Of a DNA stretch of 58,351 bases, positions 11,382 through 29,300 are shown piece after piece. Position numbers and translations under genes: made by a program. The notes beneath the pieces are model-generated. The model was given only the letters and a program-made list of their open reading frames with translations, did no database searches and was not told the origin of the DNA. This DNA comes from Nemertoderma westbladi. Its lineage: Eukaryota; Animalia; Xenacoelomorpha. Position 1 is the first letter of the stretch. Every line of letters starts with the position of its first letter. The DNA lies in contig JAUCBJ010004434.1 in assembly GCA_032718475.1 (NCBI GenBank), positions 1-58,351 on the forward strand, given 5' to 3'.

Positions 11382-14300
11382 CTAAGGGGGATAACAAATA
11401 TATATATGTATATATATCTTTGTATATAGTATAACAATAACACGCTTTGAGTCCAAGTCGCTATCATTCAGTACTCAGATGTATTTTAACTGCCGTGTAT
11501 CTTCCTTCACCTGAACTGATTATAGGGGGGGGGGGGGGGGGGGGGGGGGGGCATCTCTATCAGACAAATCGCTTTGCAACATGGAATGACATAATTCTTT
11601 ACATCCTGTGTAAAGTGAAGACTTCCAAAAGTTGCTGAACTGTTTTATGTCTCTGAGTCAATGCAGACCGTAATTATTTATACGATCTTATTGTATAACT
11701 ACTGTAACTAAGTACGGATTATTTATTTCAATAGACCGCGCGCGCCACATCCATTAACTGTACTGCTAGCAATACAATAGACAAGATTGTTCCCTTTATT
11801 GTATTTCGTTTCTAAGAATATAGTGAAGTGGACAAGTGGTAGTGGTTAAATTAATTGATGTATAATATTATTATACAACCATTGAATTTGAATCACGGGA
11901 TGCGTCTAAATGCCAATGCAAATATGACCTTTTATTATTCTCACAATAGTTCCTTGTTAGTTATGTACTACTCACAATGACATTCAAAATGGTTGCCACT
12001 TTATTAATCATGGCTACACGGTTTCACCTATTGTTATAGTCACACAATCAACTCTTATTAATCCTAAACAACTTCAACCGCCACTGAACACGGCCAGGTA
12101 TGTTACTATACAATCAGCTACTCACCCCTTATAACAATCAGATACTTACCCCTTATAACAATCAGATACTCACCCCTTATAACAATCAGATACTCACCCC
12201 CTATAACAATCAGCTACTCACCCCTTATAACAATCAGCTACTCACCCCTTATAACAATCAGCTACTCACCCCTTATAACAATCAGATACTCACCCCTTAT
12301 AACAATCAGATACTCACCCCTTATAACAATCAGCTACTCACCCCTTATAACAATCAGATACTCACCCCCTATAACAATCAGCTACTCACCCCTTATAACA
12401 ATCAGCTACTCACCCCTTATAACAATCAGCTACTCACCCCTTATAACAATCAGATACTCACCCCTTATAACAATCAGATACTCACCCCTTATAACAATCA
12501 GATACTCACCCCTTATAACAATCAGATACTCACCCCTTATAACAATCAGATACTCACCCCCTATAACAATCAGCTACTCACCCCTTATAACAATCAGCTA
12601 CTCACCCCTTATAACAATCAGCTACTCACCCCTTATAACAATCAGATACTCACCCCTTATAACAATCAGATACTCACCCCTTATAACAATCAGCTACTCA
12701 CCCCCTATAACAATCAGCTACTCACCCCTTATAACAATCAGCTACTCACCCCTTATAACAATCAGCTACTAACCCCTTATAACAATCAGATACTCACCCC
12801 CTATAACAATCAGCTACTCACCCCTTATAACAATCAGCTACTCACCCCTTATAACAATCAGCTACTCACCCCTTATAACAATCAGATACTCACCCCTTAT
12901 AACAATCAGATACTCACCCCTTATAACAATCAGCTACTCACCCCCTATAACAATCAGCTACTCACCCCTTATAACAATCAGCTACTCACCCCTTATAACA
13001 ATCAGCTACTCACCCCTTATAACAATCAGATACTCACCCCTTATAACAATCAGATACTCACCCCTTATAACAATCAGATACTCACCCCTTATAACAATCA
13101 GATACTCACCCCTTATAACAATCAGCTACTCACCCCTTATAACAATCAGCTACTCACCCCTTATAACAATCAGCTACTCACCCCTTATAACAATCAGATA
13201 CTCACCCCTTATAACAATCAGATACTCACCCCTTATAACAATCAGATACTCACCCCTTATAACAATCAGATACTCACCCCCTATAACAATCAGCTACTCA
13301 CCCCTTATAACAATCAGATACTCACCCCTTATAACAATCAGATACTCACCCCTTATAACAATCAGCTACTCACCCCTTATAACAATCAGCTACTCACCCC
13401 TTATAACAATCAGCTACTCACCCCTTATAACAATCAGCTACTCACCCCTTATAACAATCAGCTACTCACCCCTTATAACAATCAGATACTCACCCCTTAT
13501 AACAATCAGCTACTCACCCCCTATAACAATCAGCTACTCACCCCTTATAACAATCAGCTACTCACCCCTTATAACAATCAGCTACTCACCCCTTATAACA
13601 ATCAGCTACTCACCCCTTATAACAATCAGCTACTCACCCCTTATAACAATCAGATACTCACCCCTTATAACAATCAGCTACTCACCCCTTATAACAATCA
13701 GATACTCACCCCTTATAACAATCAGCTACTCACCCCTTATAACAATCAGCTACTCACCCCTTATAACAATCAGCTACTCACCCCTTATAACAATCAGCTA
13801 CTCACCCCTTATAACAATCAGCTACTCACCCCTTATAACAATCAGCTACTCACCCCTTATAACAATCAGCTACTCACCCCTTATAACAATCAGCTACTCA
13901 CCCCTTATAACAATCAGATACTCACCCCTTATAACAATCAGCTACTCACCCCTTATAACAATCAGCTACTCACCCCTTATAACAATCAGCTACTCACCCC
14001 TTATAACAATCAGCTACTCACCCCTTATAACAATCAGATACTCACCCCTTATAACAATCAGCTACTCACCCCTTATAACAATCAGATATACTCACCCCTT
14101 ATAACAATCAGATACTCACCCCTTATAACAATCAGCTACTCACCCCTTATAACAATCAGCTACTCACCCCTTATAACAATCAGATACTCACCCCTTATAA
14201 CAATCAGATACTCACCCCTTATAACAATCAGCTACTCACCCCTTATAACAATCAGATACTCACCCCTTATAACAATCAGCTACTCACCCCTTATAACAAT

Positions 14301-17300
14301 CAGCTACTCACCCCTTATAACAATCAGCTACTCACCCCTTATAACAATCAGCTACTCACCCCTTATAACAATCAGATACTCACCCCTTATAACAATCAGC
14401 TACTCACCCCTTATAACAATCAGATACTCACCCCTTATAACAATCAGCTACTCACCCCCTATAACAATCAGCTACTCACCCCTTATAACAATCAGCTACT
14501 CACCCCTTATAACAATCAGCTACTCACCCCTTATAACAATCAGCTACTCACCCCTTATAACAATCAGCTACTCACCCCTTATAACAATCAGCTACTCACC
14601 CCTTATAACAATCAGCTACTCACCCCTTATAACAATCAGCTACTCACCCCTTATAACAATCAGCTACTCACCCCTTATAACAATCAGATACTCACCCCTT
14701 ATAACAATCAGCTACTCACCCCTTATAACAATCAGCTACTCACCCCTTATAACAATCAGCTACTCACCCCTTATAACAATCAGATACTCACCCCTTATAA
14801 CAATCAGCTACTCACCCCTTATAACAATCAGCTACTCACCCCTTATAACAATCAGCTACTCACCCCTTATAACAATCAGATACTCACCCCTTATAACAAT
14901 CAGATACTAACCCCTTATAACAATCAGATATACTAACCCCTTATAACAATCAGATACTCACCCCTTATAACAATCAGCTACTCACCCCTTATAACAATCA
15001 GCTACTCACCCCTTATAACAATCAGATACTCACCCCTTATAACAATCAGATACTCACCCCTTATAACAATCAGCTACTCACCCCTTATAACAATCAGGTA
15101 CTCACCCCTTATAACAATCAGATACTAACCCCTTATAACAATCAGATATACTCACCCCTTATAACAATCAGCTACTCACCCCTTATAACAATCAGATACT
15201 CACCCCTTATAACAATCAGCTACTCACCCCTTATAACAATCAGCTACTCACCCCTTATAACAATCAGATACTCACCCCTTATAACAATCAGATACTCACC
15301 CCTTATAACAATCAGCTACTCACCCCTTATAACAATCAGATACTAACCCCTTATAACAATCAGATACTCACCCCTTATAACAATCAGCTACTCACCCCTT
15401 ATAACAATCAGCTACTCACCCCTTATAACAATCAGATACTCACCCCTTATAACAATCAGCTACTCACCCCTTATAACAATCAGCTACTCACCCCTTATAA
15501 CAATCAGCTACTCACCCCTTATAACAATCAGATACTCACCCCTTATAACAATCAGCTACTCACCCCTTATAACAATCAGCTACTCACCCCTTATAACAAT
15601 CAGCTACTCACCCCTTATAACAATCAGATACTCACCCCTTATAACAATCAGCTACTCACCCCTTATAACAATCAGCTACTCACCCCTTATAACAATCAGC
15701 TACTCACCCCTTATAACAATCAGATACTCACCCCTTATAACAATCAGATACTCACCCCTTATAACAATCAGCTACTCACCCCTTATAACAATCAGCTACT
15801 CACCCCTTATAACAATCAGCTACTCACCCCTTATAACAATCAGCTACTCACCCCTTATAACAATCAGATACTCACCCCTTATAACAATCAGATACTCACC
15901 CCTTATAACAATCAGATACTCACCCCTTATAACAATCAGATACTCACCCCTTATAACAATCAGCTACTCACCCCTTATAACAATCAGCTACTCACCCCTT
16001 ATAACAATCAGCTACTCACCCCTTATAACAATCAGCTACTCACCCCTTATAACAATCAGATACTCACCCCTTATAACAATCAGATACTCACCCCTTATAA
16101 CAATCAGATACTCACCCCTTATAACAATCAGCTACTCACCCCTTATAACAATCAGATACTCACCCCTTATAACAATCAGATACTCACCCCTTATAACAAT
16201 CAGCTACTCACCCCTTATAACAATCAGCTACTCACCCCTTATAACAATCAGCTACTCACCCCTTATAACAATCAGCTACTCACCCCTTATAACAATCAGC
16301 TACTCACCCCTTATAACAATCAGATACTCACCCCTTATAACAATCAGCTACTCACCCCTTATAACAATCAGCTACTCACCCCTTATAACAATCAGCTACT
16401 CACCCCTTATAACAATCAGCTACTCACCCCTTATAACAATCAGCTACTCACCCCTTATAACAATCAGCTACTCACCCCTTATAACAATCAGATACTCACC
16501 CCTTATAACAATCAGCTACTCACCCCTTATAACAATCAGCTACTCACCCCTTATAACAATCAGCTACTCACCCCTTATAACAATCAGCTACTCACCCCTT
16601 ATAACAATCAGCTACTCACCCCTTATAACAATCAGCTACTCACCCCTTATAACAATCAGATACTCACCCCTTATAACAATCAGCTACTCACCCCTTATAA
16701 CAATCAGCTACTCACCCCTTATAACAATCAGCTACTCACCCCTTATAACAATCAGCTACTCACCCCTTATAACAATCAGCTACTCACCCCTTATAACAAT
16801 CAGCTACTCACCCCTTATAACAATCAGCTACTCACCCCTTATAACAATCAGCTACTCACCCCTTATAACAATCAGCTACTCACCCCTTATAACAATCAGC
16901 TACTCACCCCTTATAACAATCAGCTACTCACCCCTTATAACAATCAGCTACTCACCCCTTATAACAATCAGCTACTCACCCCTTATAACAATCAGCTACT
17001 CACCCCTTATAACAATCAGCTACTCACCCCTTATAACAATCAGCTACTCACCCCTTATAACAATCAGATACTCACCCCTTATAACAATCAGCTACTCACC
17101 CCTTATAACAATCAGCTACTCACCCCTTATAACAATCAGCTACTCACCCCTTATAACAATCAGCTACTCACCCCTTATAACAATCAGCTACTCACCCCTT
17201 ATAACAATCAGCTACTCACCCCTTATAACAATCAGCTACTCACCCCTTATAACAATCAGCTACTCACCCCTTATAACAATCAGCTACTCACCCCTTATAA

Positions 17301-20300
17301 CAATCAGCTACTCACCCCTTATAACAATCAGCTACTCACCCCTTATAACAATCAGATACTCACCCCTTATAACAATCAGCTACTCACCCCTTATAACAAT
17401 CAGCTACTCACCCCTTATAACAATCAGCTACTCACCCCTTATAACAATCAGCTACTCACCCCTTATAACAATCAGCTACTCACCCCTTATAACAATCAGA
17501 TACTCACCCCTTATAACAATCAGCTACTCACCCCTTATAACAATCAGCTACTCACCCCTTATAACAATCAGCTACTCACCCCTTATAACAATCAGCTACT
17601 CACCCCTTATAACAATCAGCTACTCACCCCTTATAACAATCAGCTACTCACCCCTTATAACAATCAGCTACTCACCCCTTATAACAATCAGCTACTCACC
17701 CCTTATAACAATCAGCTACTCACCCCTTATAACAATCAGCTACTCACCCCTTATAACAATCAGCTACTCACCCCTTATAACAATCAGCTACTCACCCCTT
17801 ATAACAATCAGCTACTCACCCCTTATAACAATCAGCTACTCACCCCTTATAACAATCAGATACTCACCCCTTATAACAATCAGCTACTCACCCCTTATAA
17901 CAATCAGCTACTCACCCCTTATAACAATCAGCTACTCACCCCTTATAACAATCAGATACTCACCCCTTATAACAATCAGCTACTCACCCCTTATAACAAT
18001 CAGATACTCACCCCTTATAACAATCAGCTACTCACCCCTTATAACAATCAGCTACTCACCCCTTATAACAATCAGCTACTCACCCCTTATAACAATCAGA
18101 TACTCACCCCTTATAACAATCAGATACTCACCCCTTATAACAATCAGCTACTCACCCCTTATAACAATCAGCTACTCACCCCTTATAACAATCAGCTACT
18201 CACCCCTTATAACAATCAGCTACTCACCCCTTATAACAATCAGCTACTCACCCCTTATAACAATCAGCTACTCACCCCTTATAACAATCAGCTACTCACC
18301 CCTTATAACAATCAGCTACTCACCCCTTATAACAATCAGCTACTCACCCCTTATAACAATCAGCTACTCACCCCTTATAACAATCAGCTACTCACCCCTT
18401 ATAACAATCAGCTACTCACCCCTTATAACAATCAGCTACTCACCCCTTATAACAATCAGCTACTCACCCCTTATAACAATCAGCTACTCACCCCTTATAA
18501 CAATCAGCTACTCACCCCTTATAACAATCAGATACTCACCCCTTATAACAATCAGATACTCACCCCTTATAACAATCAGATACTCACCCCTTATAACAAT
18601 CAGCTACTCACCCCTTATAACAATCAGCTACTCACCCCTTATAACAATCAGCTACTCACCCCTTATAACAATCAGATACTCACCCCTTATAACAATCAGA
18701 TACTCACCCCTTATAACAATCAGATACTCACCCCTTATAACAATCAGCTACTCACCCCTTATAACAATCAGCTACTCACCCCTTATAACAATCAGCTACT
18801 CACCCCTTATAACAATCAGATACTCACCCCTTATAACAATCAGCTACTCACCCCTTATAACAATCAGCTACTCACCCCTTATAACAATCAGCTACTCACC
18901 CCTTATAACAATCAGCTACTCACCCCTTATAACAATCAGATACTCACCCCTTATAACAATCAGCTACTCACCCCTTATAACAATCAGCTACTCACCCCTT
19001 ATAACAATCAGCTACTCACCCCTTATAACAATCAGCTACTCACCCCTTATAACAATCAGCTACTCACCCCTTATAACAATCAGATACTCACCCCTTATAA
19101 CAATCAGATACTCACCCCTTATAACAATCAGCTACTCACCCCTTATAACAATCAGCTACTCACCCCTTATAACAATCAGCTACTCACCCCTTATAACAAT
19201 CAGATACTCACCCCTTATAACAATCAGATACTCACCCCTTATAACAATCAGATACTCACCCCTTATAACAATCAGCTACTCACCCCTTATAACAATCAGC
19301 TACTCACCCCTTATAACAATCAGCTACTCACCCCTTATAACAATCAGCTACTCACCCCTTATAACAATCAGCTACTCACCCCTTATAACAATCAGCTACT
19401 CACCCCTTATAACAATCAGCTACTCACCCCTTATAACAATCAGATACTCACCCCTTATAACAATCAGCTACTCACCCCTTATAACAATCAGCTACTCACC
19501 CCTTATAACAATCAGCTACTCACCCCTTATAACAATCAGATACTCACCCCTTATAACAATCAGATACTCACCCCTTATAACAATCAGATACTCACCCCTT
19601 ATAACAATCAGATACTCACCCCTTATAACAATCAGATACTCACCCCTTATAACAATCAGCTACTCACCCCTTATAACAATCAGCTACTCACCCCTTATAA
19701 CAATCAGCTACTCACCCCTTATAACAATCAGATACTCACCCCTTATAACAATCAGATACTCACCCCTTATAACAATCAGATACTCACCCCTTATAACAAT
19801 CAGATACTCACCCCTTATAACAATCAGATACTCACCCCTTATAACAATCAGCTACTCACCCCTTATAACAATCAGCTACTCACCCCTTATAACAATCAGA
19901 TACTCACCCCTTATAACAATCAGATACTCACCCCTTATAACAATCAGCTACTCACCCCTTATAACAATCAGCTACTCACCCCTTATAACAATCAGCTACT
20001 CACCCCTTATAACAATCAGATACTCACCCCTTATAACAATCAGCTACTCACCCCTTATAACAATCAGATACTCACCCCTTATAACAATCAGCTACTCACC
20101 CCTTATAACAATCAGCTACTCACCCCTTATAACAATCAGCTACTCACCCCTTATAACAATCAGCTACTCACCCCTTATAACAATCAGCTACTCACCCCTT
20201 ATAACAATCAGCTACTCACCCCTTATAACAATCAGCTACTCACCCCTTATAACAATCAGATACTCACCCCTTATAACAATCAGCTACTCACCCCTTATAA

Positions 20301-23300
20301 CAATCAGCTACTCACCCCTTATAACAATCAGCTACTCACCCCTTATAACAATCAGATACTCACCCCTTATAACAATCAGCTACTCACCCCTTATAACAAT
20401 CAGCTACTCACCCCTTATAACAATCAGCTACTCACCCCTTATAACAATCAGATACTCACCCCTTATAACAATCAGATACTAACCCCTTATAACAATCAGA
20501 TATACTCACCCCTTATAACAATCAGATACTCACCCCTTATAACAATCAGCTACTCACCCCTTATAACAATCAGCTACTCACCCCTTATAACAATCAGATA
20601 CTCACCCCTTATAACAATCAGATACTCACCCCTTATAACAATCAGCTACTCACCCCTTATAACAATCAGCTACTCACCCCTTATAACAATCAGATACTCA
20701 CCCCTTATAACAATCAGATACTCACCCCTTATAACAATCAGCTACTCACCCCTTATAACAATCAGATACTCACCCCTTATAACAATCAGCTACTCACCCC
20801 TTATAACAATCAGCTACTCACCCCTTATAACAATCAGATACTCACCCCTTATAACAATCAGATACTCACCCCTTATAACAATCAGCTACTCACCCCTTAT
20901 AACAATCAGATACTCACCCCTTATAACAATCAGATACTCACCCCTTATAACAATCAGCTACTCACCCCTTATAACAATCAGCTACTCACCCCTTATAACA
21001 ATCAGATACTCACCCCTTATAACAATCAGCTACTCACCCCTTATAACAATCAGCTACTCACCCCTTATAACAATCAGCTACTCACCCCTTATAACAATCA
21101 GATACTCACCCCTTATAACAATCAGCTACTCACCCCTTATAACAATCAGCTACTCACCCCTTATAACAATCAGATACTCACCCCTTATAACAATCAGATA
21201 CTCACCCCTTATAACAATCAGCTACTCACCCCTTATAACAATCAGATACTCACCCCTTATAACAATCAGCTACTCACCCCTTATAACAATCAGCTACTCA
21301 CCCCTTATAACAATCAGATACTCACCCCTTATAACAATCAGATACTCACCCCTTATAACAATCAGCTACTCACCCCTTATAACAATCAGCTACTCACCCC
21401 TTATAACAATCAGCTACTCACCCCTTATAACAATCAGCTACTCACCCCTTATAACAATCAGCTACTCACCCCTTATAACAATCAGCTACTCACCCCTTAT
21501 AACAATCAGCTACTCACCCCTTATAACAATCAGCTACTCACCCCTTATAACAATCAGCTACTCACCCCTTATAACAATCAGCTACTCACCCCTTATAACA
21601 ATCAGCTACTCACCCCTTATAACAATCAGCTACTCACCCCTTATAACAATCAGCTACTCACCCCTTATAACAATCAGCTACTCACCCCTTATAACAATCA
21701 GCTACTCACCCCTTATAACAATCAGCTACTCACCCCTTATAACAATCAGCTACTCACCCCTTATAACAATCAGCTACTCACCCCTTATAACAATCAGCTA
21801 CTCACCCCTTATAACAATCAGCTACTCACCCCTTATAACAATCAGCTACTCACCCCTTATAACAATCAGCTACTCACCCCTTATAACAATCAGCTACTCA
21901 CCCCTTATAACAATCAGCTACTCACCCCTTATAACAATCAGCTACTCACCCCTTATAACAATCAGCTACTCACCCCTTATAACAATCAGCTACTCACCCC
22001 TTATAACAATCAGCTACTCACCCCTTATAACAATCAGCTACTCACCCCTTATAACAATCAGCTACTCACCCCTTATAACAATCAGATACTCACCCCTTAT
22101 AACAATCAGATACTCACCCCTTATAACAATCAGCTACTCACCCCTTATAACAATCAGCTACTCACCCCTTATAACAATCAGCTACTCACCCCTTATAACA
22201 ATCAGATACTCACCCCTTATAACAATCAGATACTCACCCCTTATAACAATCAGATACTCACCCCTTATAACAATCAGCTACTCACCCCTTATAACAATCA
22301 GCTACTCACCCCTTATAACAATCAGCTACTCACCCCTTATAACAATCAGATACTCACCCCTTATAACAATCAGATACTCACCCCTTATAACAATCAGCTA
22401 CTCACCCCTTATAACAATCAGCTACTCACCCCTTATAACAATCAGCTACTCACCCCTTATAACAATCAGCTACTCACCCCTTATAACAATCAGCTACTCA
22501 CCCCTTATAACAATCAGATACTCACCCCTTATAACAATCAGATACTCACCCCTTATAACAATCAGCTACTCACCCCTTATAACAATCAGCTACTCACCCC
22601 TTATAACAATCAGCTACTCACCCCTTATAACAATCAGCTACTCACCCCTTATAACAATCAGCTACTCACCCCTTATAACAATCAGCTACTCACCCCTTAT
22701 AACAATCAGCTACTCACCCCTTATAACAATCAGCTACTCACCCCTTATAACAATCAGCTACTCACCCCTTATAACAATCAGCTACTCACCCCTTATAACA
22801 ATCAGCTACTCACCCCTTATAACAATCAGCTACTCACCCCTTATAACAATCAGCTACTCACCCCTTATAACAATCAGCTACTCACCCCTTATAACAATCA
22901 GCTACTCACCCCTTATAACAATCAGCTACTCACCCCTTATAACAATCAGATACTCACCCCTTATAACAATCAGATACTCACCCCTTATAACAATCAGATA
23001 CTCACCCCTTATAACAATCAGCTACTCACCCCTTATAACAATCAGCTACTCACCCCTTATAACAATCAGCTACTCACCCCTTATAACAATCAGATACTCA
23101 CCCCTTATAACAATCAGATACTCACCCCTTATAACAATCAGATACTCACCCCTTATAACAATCAGCTACTCACCCCTTATAACAATCAGCTACTCACCCC
23201 TTATAACAATCAGCTACTCACCCCTTATAACAATCAGATACTCACCCCTTATAACAATCAGCTACTCACCCCTTATAACAATCAGCTACTCACCCCTTAT

Positions 23301-26300
23301 AACAATCAGCTACTCACCCCTTATAACAATCAGCTACTCACCCCTTATAACAATCAGATACTCACCCCTTATAACAATCAGCTACTCACCCCTTATAACA
23401 ATCAGCTACTCACCCCTTATAACAATCAGCTACTCACCCCTTATAACAATCAGCTACTCACCCCTTATAACAATCAGCTACTCACCCCTTATAACAATCA
23501 GATACTCACCCCTTATAACAATCAGATACTCACCCCTTATAACAATCAGCTACTCACCCCTTATAACAATCAGCTACTCACCCCTTATAACAATCAGCTA
23601 CTCACCCCTTATAACAATCAGATACTCACCCCTTATAACAATCAGATACTCACCCCTTATAACAATCAGATACTCACCCCTTATAACAATCAGCTACTCA
23701 CCCCTTATAACAATCAGCTACTCACCCCTTATAACAATCAGCTACTCACCCCTTATAACAATCAGCTACTCACCCCTTATAACAATCAGCTACTCACCCC
23801 TTATAACAATCAGCTACTCACCCCTTATAACAATCAGCTACTCACCCCTTATAACAATCAGATACTCACCCCTTATAACAATCAGATACTCACCCCTTAT
23901 AACAATCAGCTACTCACCCCTTATAACAATCAGCTACTCACCCCTTATAACAATCAGATACTCACCCCTTATAACAATCAGATACTCACCCCTTATAACA
24001 ATCAGATACTCACCCCTTATAACAATCAGATACTCACCCCTTATAACAATCAGATACTCACCCCTTATAACAATCAGCTACTCACCCCTTATAACAATCA
24101 GCTACTCACCCCTTATAACAATCAGATACTCACCCCTTATAACAATCAGATACTCACCCCTTATAACAATCAGATACTCACCCCTTATAACAATCAGATA
24201 CTCACCCCTTATAACAATCAGATACTCACCCCTTATAACAATCAGATACTCACCCCTTATAACAATCAGCTACTCACCCCTTATAACAATCAGCTACTCA
24301 CCCCTTATAACAATCAGATACTCACCCCTTATAACAATCAGATACTCACCCCTTATAACAATCAGCTACTCACCCCTTATAACAATCAGCTACTCACCCC
24401 TTATAACAATCAGCTACTCACCCCTTATAACAATCAGATACTCACCCCTTATAACAATCAGCTACTCACCCCTTATAACAATCAGATACTCACCCCTTAT
24501 AACAATCAGCTACTCACCCCTTATAACAATCAGCTACTCACCCCTTATAACAATCAGCTACTCACCCCTTATAACAATCAGCTACTCACCCCTTATAACA
24601 ATCAGCTACTCACCCCTTATAACAATCAGCTACTCACCCCTTATAACAATCAGCTACTCACCCCTTATAACAATCAGATACTCACCCCTTATAACAATCA
24701 GCTACTCACCCCTTATAACAATCAGCTACTCACCCCTTATAACAATCAGCTACTCACCCCTTATAACAATCAGATACTCACCCCTTATAACAATCAGCTA
24801 CTCACCCCTTATAACAATCAGCTACTCACCCCTTATAACAATCAGCTACTCACCCCTTATAACAATCAGATACTCACCCCTTATAACAATCAGATACTAA
24901 CCCCTTATAACAATCAGATATACTAACCCCTTATAACAATCAGATACTCACCCCTTATAACAATCAGCTACTCACCCCTTATAACAATCAGCTACTAACC
25001 CCTTATAACAATCAGATACTCACCCCTTATAACAATCAGATACTCACCCCTTATAACAATCAGCTACTCACCCCTTATAACAATCAGGTACTCACCCCTT
25101 ATAACAATCAGATACTAACCCCTTATAACAATCAGATATACTCACCCCTTATAACAATCAGCTACTCACCCCTTATAACAATCAGATACTCACCCCTTAT
25201 AACAATCAGCTACTCACCCCTTATAACAATCAGCTACTCACCCCTTATAACAATCAGATACTCACCCCTTATAACAATCAGATACTCACCCCTTATAACA
25301 ATCAGCTACTCACCCCTTATAACAATCAGATACTAACCCCTTATAACAATCAGATACTCACCCCTTATAACAATCAGCTACTCACCCCTTATAACAATCA
25401 GCTACTCACCCCTTATAACAATCAGATACTCACCCCTTATAACAATCAGCTACTCACCCCTTATAACAATCAGCTACTCACCCCTTATAACAATCAGCTA
25501 CTCACCCCTTATAACAATCAGATACTCACCCCTTATAACAATCAGCTACTCACCCCTTATAACAATCAGGTACTCACCCCTTATAACAATCAGGTACTCA
25601 CCCCTTATAACAATCAGCTACTCACCCCTTATAACAATCAGATACTCACCCCTTATAACAATCAGATACTCACCCCTTATAACAATCAGCTACTCACCCC
25701 TTATAACAATCAGATACTAACCCCTTATAACAATCAGATACTCACCCCTTATAACAATCAGCTACTCACCCCTTATAACAATCAGCTACTCACCCCTTAT
25801 AACAATCAGATACTCACCCCTTATAACAATCAGCTACTCACCCCTTATAACAATCAGCTACTCACCCCTTATAACAATCAGCTACTCACCCCTTATAACA
25901 ATCAGATACTCACCCCTTATAACAATCAGCTACTCACCCCTTATAACAATCAGGTACTCACCCCTTATAACAATCAGCTACTCACCCCTTATAACAATCA
26001 GATACTCACCCCTTATAACAATCAGATATACTCACCCCTTATAACAATCAGCTACTCACCCCTTATAACAATCAGATTACTCACCCCTTATAACAATCAG
26101 ATACTCACCCCTTATAACAATCAGCTACTCACCCCTTATAACAATCAGATACTAACCCCTTATAACAATCAGATACTCACCCCTTATAACAATCAGCTAC
26201 TCAACCCCTAATAACAATCAGCTACTCACCCCTAATAACAATCAGCTACTCACCCCTTATAACAATCAGCTACTCACCCCCTATAACAATCAGCCACTCA

Positions 26301-29300
26301 CCCCTTATAACAATCAGCTACTCACCCCTTATAACAATCAGCAACTCACCCCTTATAACAATCAGCTACTCACCCCCTATAACAATCAGCTACTCACCCC
26401 TTATAACAATCAGCTACTCACCCCTTATAACAATCAGATACTCACCCCTTATAACAATCAGCTACTCACCCCTTATAACAATCAGATACTCACCCCTTAT
26501 AACAATCAGCTACTCACCCCTTATAACAATCAGCTACTCACCCCTTATAACAATCAGCTACTCACCCCTTATAACAATCAGCCACTCACCCCTTATAACA
26601 ATCAGCTACTCACCCCTTATAACAATCAGCTACTCACCCCTTATAACAATCAGCTACTCACCCCTTATAACAATCAGCTACTCACCCCTTATAACAATCA
26701 GCCACTCACCCCTTATAACAATCAGCTACTCACCCCCTATAACAATCAGCTACTCACCCCTTATAACAATCAGCTACTCACCCCTTATAACAATCAGCTA
26801 CTCACCCCTTATAACAATCAGCTACTCACCCCTTATAACAATCAGCCACTCACCCCTTATAACAATCAGATACTCACCCCTTATAACAATCAGCTACTCA
26901 CCCCTTATAACAATCAGCTACTCACCCCTTATAACAATCAGCTACTCACCCCTTATAACAATCAGCTACTCACCCCTTATAACAATCAGATACTCACCCC
27001 TTATAACAATCAGATACTCACACCCTATAACAATCAGCTACTCACCCCTTATAACAATCAGCTACTCACCCCTTATAACAATCAGCTACTCACCCCTTAT
27101 AACAATCAGATACTCACCCCTTATAACAATCAGATACTCACCCCTTATAACAATCAGATACTCACACCCTATAACAATCAGCTACTCACCCCTTATAACA
27201 ATCAGCTACTCACCCCTTATAACAATCAGCTACTCACCCCTTATAACAATCAGATACTCACCCCTTATAACAATCAGATACTCACCCCTTATAACAATCA
27301 GCTACTCACCCCTTATAACAATCAGCTACTCACCCCTTATAACAATCAGCTACTCACCCCTTATAACAATCAGCCACTCACCCCTTATAACAATCAGCTA
27401 CTCACCCCCTATAACAATCAGCTACTCACCCCCTATAACAATCAGCTACTCACCCCCTATAACAATCAGCTACTCACCCCCTATAACAATCAGCTACTCA
27501 CCCCCTATAACAATCAGCTACTCACCCCCTATAACAATCAGTTACTCACCCCCTATAACAATCAGCTACTCACCCCTTATAACAATCAGCTACTCACCCC
27601 TTATAACAATCAGCTACTCACCCCTTATAACAATCAGATACTCACCCCTTATAACAATCAGCTACTCACCCCTTATAACAATCAGATACTCACCCCTTAT
27701 AACAATCAGCTACTCACCCCTTATAACAATCAGTTACTCACCCCCTATAACAATCAGCTACTCACCCCTTATAACAATCAGCTACTCACCCCTTATAACA
27801 ATCAGATACTCACCCCTTATAACAATCAGATACTCACCCCTTATAACAATCAGTTACTCACCCCCTATAACAATCAGCTACTCACCCCTTATAACAATCA
27901 GCTACTCACCCCTTATAACAATCAGCCACTCACCCCTTATAACAATCAGCCACTCACCCCTTATAACAATCAGCTACTCACCCCCTATAACAATCAGCTA
28001 CTCACCCCCTATAACAATCAGCTACTCACCCCTTATAACAATCAGCTACTCACCCCTTATAACAATCAGCTACTCACCCCTTATAACAATCAGATATACT
28101 CACCCCTTATAACAATCAGATACTCACCCCTTATAACAATCAGCTACTCACCCCTTATAACAATCAGTTACTCACCCCCTATAACAATCAGCTACTCACC
28201 CCTTATAACAATCAGCTACTCACCCCTTATAACAATCAGATACTCACCCCTTATAACAATCAGATACTCACCCCTTATAACAATCAGTTACTCACCCCCT
28301 ATAACAATCAGCTACTCACCCCTTATAACAATCAGCTACTCACCCCTTATAACAATCAGCCACTCACCCCTTATAACAATCAGCCACTAACCCCTTATAA
28401 CAATCAGCTACTCACCCCCTATAACAATCAGCTACTCACCCCCTATAACAATCAGCTACTCACCCCTTATAACAATCAGCTACTCACCCCTTATAACAAT
28501 CAGATACTCACCCCCTATAACAATCAGCTACTCACCCCTTATAACAATCAGCTACTCACCCCTTATAACAATCAGCTACTCACCCCTTATAACAATTAGC
28601 CACTCACCCCTTATAACAATCAGCTACTCACCCCTTATAACAATCAGCTACTCACCCCTTATAACAATCAGATACTCACCCCTTATAACAATCAGCTACT
28701 CACCCCTTATAACAATCAGTTACTCACCCCCTATAACTATCAGCAACTCACCCCTTATAACAATCAGCTACTCACCCCTTATAACAATCAGCTACTCACC
28801 CCTTATAACAATCAGCCACTCACCCCTTATAACAATCGGCTACTCACCCCTTATAACAATCAGATACTCACCCCTTATAACAATCAGCTACTCACCCCTT
28901 ATAACAATCAGTTACTCACCCCTTATAACAATCAGATACTCACCCCTTATAACAATCAGCTACTCACCCCTTATAACAATCAGCTACTCACCCCTTATAA
29001 CAATCAGCCACTCACCCCTTATAACAATCAGCTACTCACCCCTTATAACAATCAGTTACTCACCCCCTATAACAATCAGCTACTCACCCCCTATAACAAT
29101 CAGCTACTCACCCCTTATAACAATCAGCTACTCACCCCTTATAACAATCAGCTACTCACCCCTTATAACAATCAGATACTCACCCCCTATAACTATCAGC
29201 AACTCACCCCTTATAACAATAAGCTACTCACCCCCTATAACAATCAGCTACTCACCCCCTATAACAATCAGCTACTCACCCCTTATAACAATCAGCTACT

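Noticed and set aside
12100-14910. 936-aa ORF of (LLTPYNNQ)n
   Set aside because: Translation of the 24-bp satellite antisense to Piezo. It shifts frame at a 2-bp insertion and has no unique coding sequence.
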